From: a virus
Length of the DNA stretch: 42,627 nt
Reading direction: 5' to 3' (one strand)
UHGV virus genome: UHGV-0123675
Every line of letters starts with the position of its first letter. Position 1 is the first letter of the stretch. A model generated the notes under the pieces. That model was not told where the DNA came from. It saw nothing but the letters and a program-made list of their open reading frames with translations, and searched no databases. Below, piece after piece: positions 1 to 8,388 of this stretch. The translations under genes and the position numbers were made by a program.

Positions 1-49
1 AGTTAGATAATACATATTAAACCCATGGAAATTATATGGAATTTTAAGA

Positions 50-868
50 ATGGAAATTCATGTGCCTATGGAAGTTGTTGTAAGCGATGGTGAGGAGAGA
101 TTCACAGAACTTGACTTTTATTACGGTTCAAAAGCACTTGAAGGTACGTCAGAAATAATTACTGTTCTAACAAATACTATTCTGAATCGTGAGGTGGTTA
201 CTAAAATCCCATCTATAGAAGGCATAGCTGCATCATTTCGTACCAGTTATGAAGGTTCTTTTAGACAACGTTTTATGCTCAAAATCACTGGTGATCAACA
301 GCGACAAAACTACACCTCCATTGGAGAAGGGGCATTTTTAGATGTAATGTCCTATTATCTTACAAGACCGTTATTAACGCCTTATGTATTTGAATACAGA
401 AGAGCGGCTAGGATTGTAGAAGAACTTCAGCCAGATTATAGATCATTAATGAAAAGACTCTATGGCCCTTTATTAAAACTTCATAAACCAATTGAAGAAC
501 AGAATTATACTGTGGAATTGAAGCGTAGAAGGACAAATCTGGTACGCTATGATCATTCTACATTAGAAAACTTAATCATTGAACGTGCTGATGAGGAGAG
601 GATTATAATTGATGCTTCTATCACAAGATTTAATCGCTTGACTGGTACTGGAAGACTCATACTAGAAGAAGACTCGGATTCTGTAAGTTTTGAACCTGCA
701 TTTCTTTGGAGAGAATTTCCCGCAGAACAAAAACGAAAATTGTCACGAAACTTAGATGTAAATACGGATAATGAAAACTTTACTCGGTTACGTCTAGAGG
801 TGACAACTATCAGAAATTTTCTTGGTGAAATCAAAAAATATAGTCTACATCGAGTTATAATGGATTAA
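50..868 (+). CDS. Hypothetical protein (272 aa), AT-rich cargo gene next to integrase
   Basis: Long ORF with uniform coding character, tightly coupled (stop/start 1 nt apart) to downstream ORF; no motif recognised by eye. Confidence 0.5.
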   Translation: MEIHVPMEVVVSDGEERFTELDFYYGSKALEGTSEIITVLTNTILNREVVTKIPSIEGIAASFRTSYEGSFRQRFMLKITGDQQRQNYTSIGEGAFLDVMSYYLTRPLLTPYVFEYRRAARIVEELQPDYRSLMKRLYGPLLKLHKPIEEQNYTVELKRRRTNLVRYDHSTLENLIIERADEERIIIDASITRFNRLTGTGRLILEEDSDSVSFEPAFLWREFPAEQKRKLSRNLDVNTDNENFTRLRLEVTTIRNFLGEIKKYSLHRVIMD

Positions 869-869
869 T

Positions 870-1604
870 ATGATTAGATATTTCGCATTCTTGGTTATAT
901 TTATTACATGGTTAGTTTATTTCTCGAAATTCTATCCTTGGAATGGTTTTCCAATTGACAAGGCTGAGTGGGGAACATTTGGTGACTTCGTCGGTGGGGT
1001 GACGAACCCTATTTTAACTTTTTTTACAATGGTTATGCTAATTAAGTCTATTAATTTGCAAAAAGAGGCTAATGACAGCATTATCAAACAAAATTCGCAC
1101 ATGCATGAAGTATCTGAAAGGCAGAAGGAGATGGATGACTTACGTTCTTTTGAATCATCATTTTATAGCCTTGCAGAAGTTTCGAGAAGAGAGTTTGATG
1201 CACTCAAAATAGTTGGAAGAAATAAAAAGGTTTACTCAGCAGCAGATGCAGTGGTTTACTTAGAGGGATATTTATTGAATGCTTGCAAGTCAAAAACTTC
1301 TAAAGAATTAACTGAGCAATTTTCTAAATTTGATACAGACTCATCTATGGCAATTTTCTCTGCTGTTCGAAGCTTTTATATTTTGTTTAAATTTACAAAT
1401 GAATCATGCCCTGATAATCATAAAGAAAGATACTATGAGATTGCTAATTACATCATGCCAGTTAAGTTTCTTCATCTGGTATGCTTAGCATACGTATTTG
1501 GGAATTGGAAAATAACTAACGATTTTGAGCGCTATGGTTTTTTCAAACGTAAAGGCTTAGATAAATATGTTTTTAATTTCACATGTGTGAAAAATTATTA
1601 TTGA
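870..1604 (+). CDS. Hypothetical membrane-anchored protein (244 aa; two N-terminal hydrophobic helices)
   Basis: ORF begins 1 nt after previous stop; N-terminus FAFLVIFITWLVYF and ILTFFTMVMLI are transmembrane-like; rest soluble, no recognised motif. Confidence 0.5.
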   Translation: MIRYFAFLVIFITWLVYFSKFYPWNGFPIDKAEWGTFGDFVGGVTNPILTFFTMVMLIKSINLQKEANDSIIKQNSHMHEVSERQKEMDDLRSFESSFYSLAEVSRREFDALKIVGRNKKVYSAADAVVYLEGYLLNACKSKTSKELTEQFSKFDTDSSMAIFSAVRSFYILFKFTNESCPDNHKERYYEIANYIMPVKFLHLVCLAYVFGNWKITNDFERYGFFKRKGLDKYVFNFTCVKNYY

Positions 1605-1609
1605 TTTAT

Positions 1610-2740
1610 TCAGTCTAAAATTATTTTTTTCCATTCTTTACCTCGATCATCGTGATAGCCAGCAGTTTGGTTTGGTGATTTATGTCCCAGTAATTTTTGG
1701 GTATCGACTCCCTGTGCTTCATAAAGCCTTTCCGCCAAAGACCGCTGTTCGTGAAATGTAGCAGGTGTCCCATTACCCCAATCAATTCTGGCTAAATCTC
1801 GTGCTTTACTGAAATTCATTGTCAATGTATTGGATTTAACTTGTGTGCCGCGTTCAGCCTGTGAAGTCGTACGAAAAAAATGTACAAGGTAAGGGCTGAC
1901 TGCATAGTCACGGCAGCGAGCTACAACATCGCGCAGGCTCCAGTTGATTGCATTCAAACGCAGGGAAAGAGGAATAGCTATTTTGCTGCCGGTTTTTTCC
2001 TGTTCGATATGCAGATGATCATCCCATATATCGCTAAATTTCATTTTGGATATGTCACCAAGACGTTGCCCTGTCACAAGGGCAAGCAGCATTGCGTTCC
2101 CCATATACTGTTGTTTCTTATCTGCAATATCGAAAATCTTCTGCCACTCTTCGAGACTAAGTCGTTGTCTGGTAATCTTGCGCCTGGGCTGTTTAGTAGC
2201 AAGGGCAGGGTTGTGACCAGGCGGCACTTCACCGTAGTGTTGGGCCTCTTTGAATACATCGATCAGCACTGAACGAACAACTTGTGCCATTCTTGGTTGG
2301 CCTGCAGATAGATACTCTTCAAGAATTTGAGCAATATCCCTGACATCAACAGAAGATATCAGCTTCATTCCCGCACGTTCTTTCAAAAGTGCAACTGGCT
2401 TGGCTTTTTGTTTATATGTATTCTCCTTGATATCACCTGAAGCTAATCGTTCCTCCTGAATTTTCCAGTACCGCTCAAGCCAGGTAACTGTAGTAATTGC
2501 CTTACCCTTACTGGTAGCAATTCGATCGCTTATAGCCAGTACCTGTCTTGAACGCTGCTCAGCAAGTCTCGCGTTCGCTTCAGTAGCAATTGCTTTAGCC
2601 TCAGCTTCATCAGTACCTAGACTGTGAAATTTCCCAGTTACAGGGTGCTTGTACCTCCAATACACTTTATTGACCTTACGACTGTATAGTGGATATAGGT
2701 TAGGTATTGATACATTATTTTTACGTGGTCTCGCAGCCAT
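1610..2740 (-). CDS. int: Tyrosine recombinase / phage integrase, lambda Int family
   Basis: Translation resembles lambda Int (N-terminal PNLY...YWRY..TGK arm-binding region; C-terminal HELRSL..LLGH...Y catalytic region); start taken at internal Met (MAARPRK) giving the classic 20-bp overlap with xis; the longer ORF runs to 2806. Confidence 0.9.
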   Translation of the reverse strand: MAARPRKNNVSIPNLYPLYSRKVNKVYWRYKHPVTGKFHSLGTDEAEAKAIATEANARLAEQRSRQVLAISDRIATSKGKAITTVTWLERYWKIQEERLASGDIKENTYKQKAKPVALLKERAGMKLISSVDVRDIAQILEEYLSAGQPRMAQVVRSVLIDVFKEAQHYGEVPPGHNPALATKQPRRKITRQRLSLEEWQKIFDIADKKQQYMGNAMLLALVTGQRLGDISKMKFSDIWDDHLHIEQEKTGSKIAIPLSLRLNAINWSLRDVVARCRDYAVSPYLVHFFRTTSQAERGTQVKSNTLTMNFSKARDLARIDWGNGTPATFHEQRSLAERLYEAQGVDTQKLLGHKSPNQTAGYHDDRGKEWKKIILD

Positions 2741-2966
2741 CGCTGAGGATCCTTTGCAATTTTGGTGAATCAGATTTCTTGATAACCGGCGCAGCAAGTT
2801 CTCCAACCAATTCCGCGTCCTCTCTCACTCTCCATAGCCTACCTTGCTTCATGGCTGGTGGAGAAAAGAGGTTTTGCTTAGCGTAACGGCGCAATGTCGA
2901 GACGCTAGGTGGATTACTTCTGTATTTATCAGTTGCCCATTCTTCAAGAGTTAACATCTGAATCAT
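2721..2966 (-). CDS. xis: Excisionase (lambda Xis-like)
   Basis: MLTLEEWA...PPSVSTLRRYAKQNLFSPPAMKQGRLWRV resembles lambda Xis (MYLTLQEWNARQRRPRSLETVRRWVRECRIFPPPVKDGREY); overlaps int 5' end as in lambda; true start may be Met at 2957. Confidence 0.75.
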   Translation of the reverse strand: MIQMLTLEEWATDKYRSNPPSVSTLRRYAKQNLFSPPAMKQGRLWRVREDAELVGELAAPVIKKSDSPKLQRILSDGCETT

Positions 2967-3354
2967 GCGTCATTCTCCATATAACCCAGCTGCACCCGGG
3001 TTTTAACATCAAATATTCGTACGGTTCTCCGCTGCCGTGTATACCGCTACTTTCAGCAGATTAAATCAGTTAACTTTTCCTACGACCCACGGCTTAGAAG
3101 TCCGTTGCTCTCTTTAAGCTAACATCGCAACTGGAAGCGCGCTCCGGTAGCTTTGGATTAACGGCTGACCTTATAGGTTAAGGGACAGAACGCGCTTTCA
3201 TGTTGAGCCTTGAAAAAGGCTGGCGGTTACCGGACAAACGGGAAAACACCGGGCCGCCAGAACAGGGAAGTATTTGTTATTGCTTTGGCCTGCTTTTAAC
3301 CACATCAGGCGCGGTGGTATCTTGGTGTTCTCACACAGCCAAGAAGGAAATAGC

Positions 3355-3609
3355 ATGCGCGGAGTCGTCGTTCATCATGAGCACCGTATCGGTTATATCG
3401 TTATCCGTGACCCTATGGGGGAGTTCACAGTTGCAGAGCTGCTCGGCGGATATGATGTTGAGAAAGGGCACGTCATATCCGGAGATCTCCATAGCCTCGG
3501 AGGCGAAACATTTCTGAATGAGACTGAGGATGAAGATATTGATGTTTTCGTTCAGGGTTATGGCATGTCTGAACAGCAATCAATTCTTATGATCCGACGT
3601 ACTCGCTAA
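3355..3609 (+). CDS. Hypothetical small protein (84 aa)
   Basis: ORF with AAGGA RBS 7 nt upstream of ATG at 3355; overlaps 3' end of convergent minus-strand ORF; no recognised motif. Confidence 0.3.
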   Translation: MRGVVVHHEHRIGYIVIRDPMGEFTVAELLGGYDVEKGHVISGDLHSLGGETFLNETEDEDIDVFVQGYGMSEQQSILMIRRTR

Positions 3610-3781
3610 ACCACTTACGAAACAGAGCACAGCTTTTTAACGTTGCGTTGCAGTAATCAACGGATATGACCTGTCCTTCAGCAAATGGCTGTAGGAGCTC
3701 TTCGTTAATCTGCAACCCTCGTTTTGCAGCTTGTTCTAAGTCTGCAATCTTCTCGAAAAGCGCTTTCGCATTCTTATCCAC
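3587..3781 (-). CDS. Hypothetical small protein (64 aa) in leftward early operon
   Basis: ORF preceded on minus strand by GGAG RBS; lies between cI and xis where leftward early genes are expected. Confidence 0.4.
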   Translation of the reverse strand: MDKNAKALFEKIADLEQAAKRGLQINEELLQPFAEGQVISVDYCNATLKSCALFRKWFSEYVGS

Positions 3782-3876
3782 TGACTATCTCCACACTTAG
3801 GCGAATCATCCGATTATTCATACGCCACTGGCGGCTACTTCGTGGGCGTCCTGCCTGTTCGCTGTTGATGAACAAA

Positions 3877-3940
3877 ATCTAACTTAACTTAGCTTTTAGA
3901 TCAAGGAAAAAAACCAAACTATTCTTAGCTTGATGTTAAG
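3877..3940. promoter_or_regulatory. Putative left operator/promoter region (OL-like) with CTTAGC/TTAGAT-type inverted repeats
   Basis: ATCTAA-N13-TTAGAT inverted repeat at 3877-3901 and CTTAGC...GTTAAG at 3921-3940 share half-sites with the cI-cro intergenic palindromes. Confidence 0.35.
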
Positions 3941-3958
3941 AGAAAGGTTAGAGGTGGG

Positions 3959-4585
3959 TTAAAGCTCGTACTGAACGCCTTTGACAACGCCAATGATCAG
4001 GCAATTACCGTTAATTGAAATGTTTGGATAGCGTGGATTTAAGGGAACTAAGAACTTTTGAGGCCCATCGATGACAAGTTTTTTTATAGTAGCCTCGTTT
4101 GTCCCATCAAGCCTGGCTACGACTATCTTTCCATGAAGTGGCTCTGCATCTGGATCTACTATGACTGTTGCCCCTTCAGGGATTGTCGGGAGGCCATTAG
4201 GGTTTGTCATCGAATCACCTTTAACCTCCAATGCAAAGGAGCTATCCCCTATCCGGAGTGATGTCTCTATCCACTTATCTACTTCGCTGAAAACTTCTGC
4301 TGCTTTACATTCTGTAAACTGTCCAGCCTGAACCCAGGATATCACCGGAATCCTTTGCATCTTGGTTATCAGATTGCCTTCAAATTCAGTGCCATAAAGT
4401 ATGTAATCAATTGAGGTGTTGAAATACTTTGCAAGTTTAGCTAGTGACTCGCCGCCTGGCACATTAACGTCTTTTTCCCAATACCCAACCGCCACATCAC
4501 TAACACCGCAGAACTTACCCAGTTCTTTCTGCGAGGTTTTGGTTATGCGCCTGAGAGCTTTGATGCGCTGACCGACAGTTTCCAT
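3959..4585 (-). CDS. cI: CI-type prophage repressor (N-terminal HTH, C-terminal S24 LexA-like peptidase domain)
   Basis: N-terminus QRIKALRRITKTSQKELGKFCGVSDVAVGYWE is an XRE-type HTH; C-terminus contains GDSM..G and downstream Lys typical of self-cleaving S24 repressors; divergent from cro-like gene. Confidence 0.9.
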   Translation of the reverse strand: METVGQRIKALRRITKTSQKELGKFCGVSDVAVGYWEKDVNVPGGESLAKLAKYFNTSIDYILYGTEFEGNLITKMQRIPVISWVQAGQFTECKAAEVFSEVDKWIETSLRIGDSSFALEVKGDSMTNPNGLPTIPEGATVIVDPDAEPLHGKIVVARLDGTNEATIKKLVIDGPQKFLVPLNPRYPNISINGNCLIIGVVKGVQYEL

Positions 4586-4687
4586 TTGAACACCATAAAT
4601 AAATTAAAAGGCTAAGCAATCTTAGTTTTTATTGACCAAAGTTAGATTGGTTATTAATATCTAATCAAACTTAGCTAAGGAGGCGTT
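4586..4687. promoter_or_regulatory. cI-cro intergenic region with three palindromic operator-like sites (OR-like)
   Basis: CTAAG-caat-CTTAG (4612-4625), TTAGAT-N11-ATCTAA (4642-4664), CTTAGCTAAG (4670-4679) between divergent repressor genes. Confidence 0.5.
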
Positions 4688-4915
4688 ATGACAACCGATG
4701 ATATTGAAAACTACTTCGGAAATACTGAGAAGGTTGCCGAATTTTTTGGAATCACAAGCGAGGCTGTTTACCAGTGGCGTAATAGAACTGGTCGTCTTAT
4801 CCCAAAAGGGCGTGCAGCTGAAGCAGCCTATCGGACCGGGGGGAAATTGGTTTTTCATCCCGACCTTTACGAAAAGGGTAGCGATGCTTCAGTAAAACTC
4901 AAACCACAGGAATAA
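4688..4915 (+). CDS. cro: Cro-like small HTH regulator
   Basis: 75-aa ORF divergent from cI, RBS AAGGAGG upstream; position and size typical of Cro. Confidence 0.65.
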   Translation: MTTDDIENYFGNTEKVAEFFGITSEAVYQWRNRTGRLIPKGRAAEAAYRTGGKLVFHPDLYEKGSDASVKLKPQE

Positions 4916-4925
4916 GGGGGGAGCT

Positions 4926-5477
4926 GTGGGTAACGAACCTATTTGGAAAGTCGAACGTCAGCCAGCCTGGCTGGTGGCGGCGATAAAAAAAACGATCACC
5001 GATCTACCTGGTGGTTATGCCGAGGCGGCGGAATGGTTGGGCGTGACAGAGAACGCATTGTTTAACCGCCTTCGTGTGGATGGGGATCAGATCTTCCCTA
5101 TGGGATGGGCGATGGTGCTACAGAAAGCCGCCGGTGTTAGCTACATAGCAGATGCGTTTTCTCGTCAAACAGATAACGGGATTCATATCCCTGGTGCAGC
5201 ACCAGAAACAGAGAACGAAGAAATTGGCTTAAAGCTGGCTGAGCTGGTGGGCAGGCTTGGGGATCTGGTCAACGCATACCGTCGATACATCGATGATGGT
5301 GTAGTTGATAAAGGGGAGTGGGACAGTCTGAATGAAATCGCCTACCAGTTCCGGGTAACGCTTATGACGTTCCTGAACCTGATTTCACGAGTTTATTGCC
5401 TTCCAGAAAAGAGTGACGCCCGCGAGTGTGCAGCTCCGGGCGCCTTGGCGAACAACTCTTCGAGTATGGAGAAATAA
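4926..5477 (+). CDS. CII-like regulatory protein (phage 186 CII / CP76-like, tentative)
   Basis: GTG start after GGGGGGAG RBS; AEWLGVTENALFNRLRVDGDQ...F segment resembles the HTH region of phage 186 CII-family proteins; position after cro. Confidence 0.5.
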   Translation: MGNEPIWKVERQPAWLVAAIKKTITDLPGGYAEAAEWLGVTENALFNRLRVDGDQIFPMGWAMVLQKAAGVSYIADAFSRQTDNGIHIPGAAPETENEEIGLKLAELVGRLGDLVNAYRRYIDDGVVDKGEWDSLNEIAYQFRVTLMTFLNLISRVYCLPEKSDARECAAPGALANNSSSMEK

Positions 5478-5482
5478 TCCGC

Positions 5483-5809
5483 ATGAGCAGTTTAACGGCT
5501 TTTAACCGTCTACCGCAACTCAGGATGATCCCGGTTTCGGGTACTCCGTGGTTTCGGTATGAACGCAGATTATCAAACCGCTGGGTTCCGTGTAACCACA
5601 GTAGGGCGGTTTCAATTGTGGGGGGCTACAACCGGAGGGCAAAACGCCTGTGCGCGAACTTAACCGAAGGTTCAAAGACCACCGTGGAGTGCCAGTCCGT
5701 GTTATCCGCTGGGAGCCAGAAACACAGCGCGTTATCTATCTGCGAGATGGCTACCCGCACGAATGTTTCAGCCCACTTGAGCAATTCAGGCAGAAGTTCA
5801 GGGAGATAA
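5483..5809 (+). CDS. Hypothetical protein (109 aa), uncertain coding
   Basis: ORF packed between CII-like stop and replication gene start, but low-complexity S/R-rich translation; could be non-coding. Confidence 0.3.
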   Translation: MSSLTAFNRLPQLRMIPVSGTPWFRYERRLSNRWVPCNHSRAVSIVGGYNRRAKRLCANLTEGSKTTVECQSVLSAGSQKHSALSICEMATRTNVSAHLSNSGRSSGR

Positions 5810-5818
5810 CGGACGATC

Positions 5819-6676
5819 ATGAGCACTAAATTAACCGGCTACGTATGGGATGGTTGCGCGGCGTCGGGCATGAAGTTGTCTAGTGTCGCGATCATGGCTC
5901 GCCTTGCTGATTTCAGCAGCGATGAAGGTGTGTGCTGGCCGTCCATTGAAACTATTGCTCGCCAGCTTGGCGCAGGGCCGAGCACTATCAGAACGGCAAT
6001 CGCAAAGCTTGAAAAAGATGGCTGGCTCACGCGCACACAGCGCCGTAATGGTAACCGTAATGCTTCGAACGTGTACCGCCTGAATGTGGCGAAACTTCAG
6101 GCTGCCGCATTTTCTCAACTGTCAGATTCTGACACGTCAAAATCTGACGCATCAAATTTTGACGCCTCAAAAACTGACCCGTCGAAATCTGGCAAAAATG
6201 GCGGTTTTGACCCGTCAGAATCTGGCGGGGATCCGTCAGTAAAATCAACACAAGATCCACAAGTAAGTTCAAAACCCTCTTGTCCGGTTGCGGCGCAACC
6301 AGACCCTGAAGTTGTGATTACCGACCAGGCAATTTTGGTTCTGACCCATTTGAACAAGATCAGCGGATCCCGGTATCAGAAATCCAAAACATCCCTAGAG
6401 AATATCCGCGCCCGACTGCGTGAGGGATACAGCGTTGCAGACCTGCAACTTGTTATCGACCTGAAGCATGAGCACTGGCACGAGAACGACGAGCAGTACC
6501 AGTACATGCGGCCGGAAACGCTGTTTGGCCCGAAGAAATTCGAAAGCTATCTGCAAAGCGCTACCCGCTGGAATCAGAAGGGACGGCCTAAACGCGCTGA
6601 CTGGGGGGCGAAAAAGCGCGATGTGATGGCTTTAGGTCCGGTTGATACAACGATTCCTGCGGGGTTCAGAGGATGA
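5819..6676 (+). CDS. Replication initiator (lambda O-like: N-terminal winged-helix DNA-binding domain, conserved phage C-terminal domain)
   Basis: N-terminal ARLADFSSDEGVCWPSIETIARQLG..STIRTAIAKLEKDGWL is winged-helix like; C-terminus YMRPETLFGPKKFESY matches the conserved phage replication-protein C-terminus; internal iterons. Confidence 0.8.
   Translation: MSTKLTGYVWDGCAASGMKLSSVAIMARLADFSSDEGVCWPSIETIARQLGAGPSTIRTAIAKLEKDGWLTRTQRRNGNRNASNVYRLNVAKLQAAAFSQLSDSDTSKSDASNFDASKTDPSKSGKNGGFDPSESGGDPSVKSTQDPQVSSKPSCPVAAQPDPEVVITDQAILVLTHLNKISGSRYQKSKTSLENIRARLREGYSVADLQLVIDLKHEHWHENDEQYQYMRPETLFGPKKFESYLQSATRWNQKGRPKRADWGAKKRDVMALGPVDTTIPAGFRG
6124..6240 (+). repeat. Tandem ~15-bp direct repeats (iteron-like putative origin) inside the replication initiator gene
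   Basis: ATTCTGACACGTCAA / AATCTGACGCATCAA / ATTTTGACGCCTCAA / AAACTGACCCGTCGA and more degenerate copies; encode an S/D-rich linker. Confidence 0.6.
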
Positions 6677-7992
6677 CGTTAAACAAATATTGCCAGGCGC
6701 TGGCTGCACTACGTAGCCAACCAGCCCACGAATTGAAAGAAGTTGGCGATCAGTGGCGGACACCGGATCTGCTTTTCTGGGGTATCAACGCGCTATTTGG
6801 TCCATTAGTTCTGGACTTGTTTGCTGACGACGACAACGCGAAGTGCCCGGCATGGTACACCGCCGAAGATAATGCACTGACACAGGACTGGTCTGAACGT
6901 CTGGCAGAACTGGGCGGTGCAGGTTATGGCAACCCACCGTATAGCCGTTCGCAGTACCACGAGAAACAGGCGATCACCGGCATGACGCACATGATGAACT
7001 ACGCAGCAGCCCAGCGCGAAAAGGGCGGTCGCTATGTATTCCTGATAAAAGCTGCGCCGAGCGAAACGTGGTGGCCGGAAGATGCCGATCACATTGTATT
7101 CATCCGCGGGCGCATTGGGTTCGATCTGCCAGTGTGGTTTGTACCTGCTGACGAAAAACAAAAACCCACCAGCGCGTTTTTTGCCGGTGCCATAGCTGTA
7201 TTCGATAAGTCATGGCGTGGCGAGCGGTTCAGCTATATCAACCGTACAGAACTGGAGGCAAAAGGGCGTGCGTTTATGGCTTTGGCACAATTTGCTGCCA
7301 GCAAACCTCAACCAGCAACGTCCACACCAACAGTAGCCGGTAAGCCAGAAACAGAGTTGCCACTCACCCAGAACGATATTTTTGATATCAGCGGTGTCGA
7401 AGCGTGGGCATGTGTTAGAGCTGCGTTCGGCGATAAAGAGGAATACACATTCAGTGAATCGAAGTTTGGGCATACCTGGGCGGCGGATTCTGTCGAAGCA
7501 CCGGAATTCACTCAGGTATCACCATTAACGATCGACAAAGCGAAGCTGCTTATTCGTGAGAGTATTTTGTTCGGTGTGGATGAGTGGCTGTTGTCGATTC
7601 AATTCGATGACGCTGCTGCGCGCCTGGATATGTCGGAACGTATTCGCACTGTTGCCCTTGAAGCATCCGGTGAATATGGCATGAACAGTGCTGATTTCAT
7701 TGCAGCTATGGGAAGCCTGGATGTTTCCAGTTGGTCCAATATTCGCCACATCCGCATGCACATCCGTGAGAAAGCTAAACCAGTGGCGGATCCGCTTCCC
7801 GAGTCCCGTATCTGGTCGTTGGAGGTTGGAATTGTATTCGACCAGGTTGATGGCGCTGACATGCTGAATGAATCACAGCAGAACAAGCTGAAAGCCAACA
7901 TCAATCAACTCTGGCTGGAACGAACGGCCACCAGCGAAATTATCACAATTGCGCGTGGTCTTGTTCGCAATATGCGGGGAGTAGCCGCGTGA
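6673..7992 (+). CDS. Phage Dam-family N6-adenine DNA methyltransferase fused to a ~250-aa C-terminal domain of unknown function
   Basis: N-terminal WRTPDLLF...LDLFADDDNAKCPAWYT..NAL..DW...YGNPPYS is the phage Dam-type signature with NPPY catalytic motif. Confidence 0.8.
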   Translation: MTLNKYCQALAALRSQPAHELKEVGDQWRTPDLLFWGINALFGPLVLDLFADDDNAKCPAWYTAEDNALTQDWSERLAELGGAGYGNPPYSRSQYHEKQAITGMTHMMNYAAAQREKGGRYVFLIKAAPSETWWPEDADHIVFIRGRIGFDLPVWFVPADEKQKPTSAFFAGAIAVFDKSWRGERFSYINRTELEAKGRAFMALAQFAASKPQPATSTPTVAGKPETELPLTQNDIFDISGVEAWACVRAAFGDKEEYTFSESKFGHTWAADSVEAPEFTQVSPLTIDKAKLLIRESILFGVDEWLLSIQFDDAAARLDMSERIRTVALEASGEYGMNSADFIAAMGSLDVSSWSNIRHIRMHIREKAKPVADPLPESRIWSLEVGIVFDQVDGADMLNESQQNKLKANINQLWLERTATSEIITIARGLVRNMRGVAA

Positions 7993-8375
7993 AACTGCTC
8001 CTGCCTTTTCCCCCGAGCGTGAACACTTACTGGCGCGCCCCTAACAAGGGGCCGCTAGCCGGTCGTCACCTCATTAGCGCTGATGGCCGTAAATACCAGA
8101 GCGCTGCCTGCGTGGCAATCATTGAGCAATTACGACGCCTTCCAAAGCCATCGACTGAACTTGCAGCGGTAGAAATCACCCTGTACCCGCCGGATGCGCG
8201 CCGCCGGGATATCGATAATTACAACAAAGCCCTGTTTGACGCGCTGACGCATGCGGGTGTCTGGGAAGACGACAGCCAGATTAAGCGCATGCTGGTGGAA
8301 TGGGGACCCGTTGTGCCGAAAGGTCGGGTAGAGATAACGATCAGCAGATATGAACCGGCGGGTGCAGCCGCCTGA
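7989..8375 (+). CDS. rusA: Holliday-junction resolvase RusA
   Basis: GTG start overlapping upstream stop; LPFPPSVNTYW...DARRRDIDNYNKALFDALT..GVWEDDSQI matches RusA family. Confidence 0.9.
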   Translation: MKLLLPFPPSVNTYWRAPNKGPLAGRHLISADGRKYQSAACVAIIEQLRRLPKPSTELAAVEITLYPPDARRRDIDNYNKALFDALTHAGVWEDDSQIKRMLVEWGPVVPKGRVEITISRYEPAGAAA

Positions 8376-8388
8376 TATGGAGAAAAGT

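Noticed and set aside
2741-2806. N-terminal extension of the integrase ORF (MENLLRRLSRNLIHQNCKGSSA)
   Set aside because: Similarity to lambda Int begins at the internal Met (MAARPRK). Starting there gives the canonical 20-bp xis/int overlap and a plausible RBS.
3200-3517. 105-aa plus-strand ORF upstream of the 84-aa candidate
   Set aside because: Different frame overlapping the better-supported 3355-3609 ORF; Cys/Ser-rich low-complexity translation and no RBS.
5626-5826. Minus-strand 66-aa ORF between the CII-like and replication genes
   Set aside because: No credible RBS; overlaps the replication gene start; opposite to operon direction. Kept only as a note within the ambiguous-segment finding.
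6124-6240. CRISPR-like array
   Set aside because: The repeats are about 15 bp, contiguous without spacers, and lie inside a replication-initiator ORF. They are iterons, not CRISPR.
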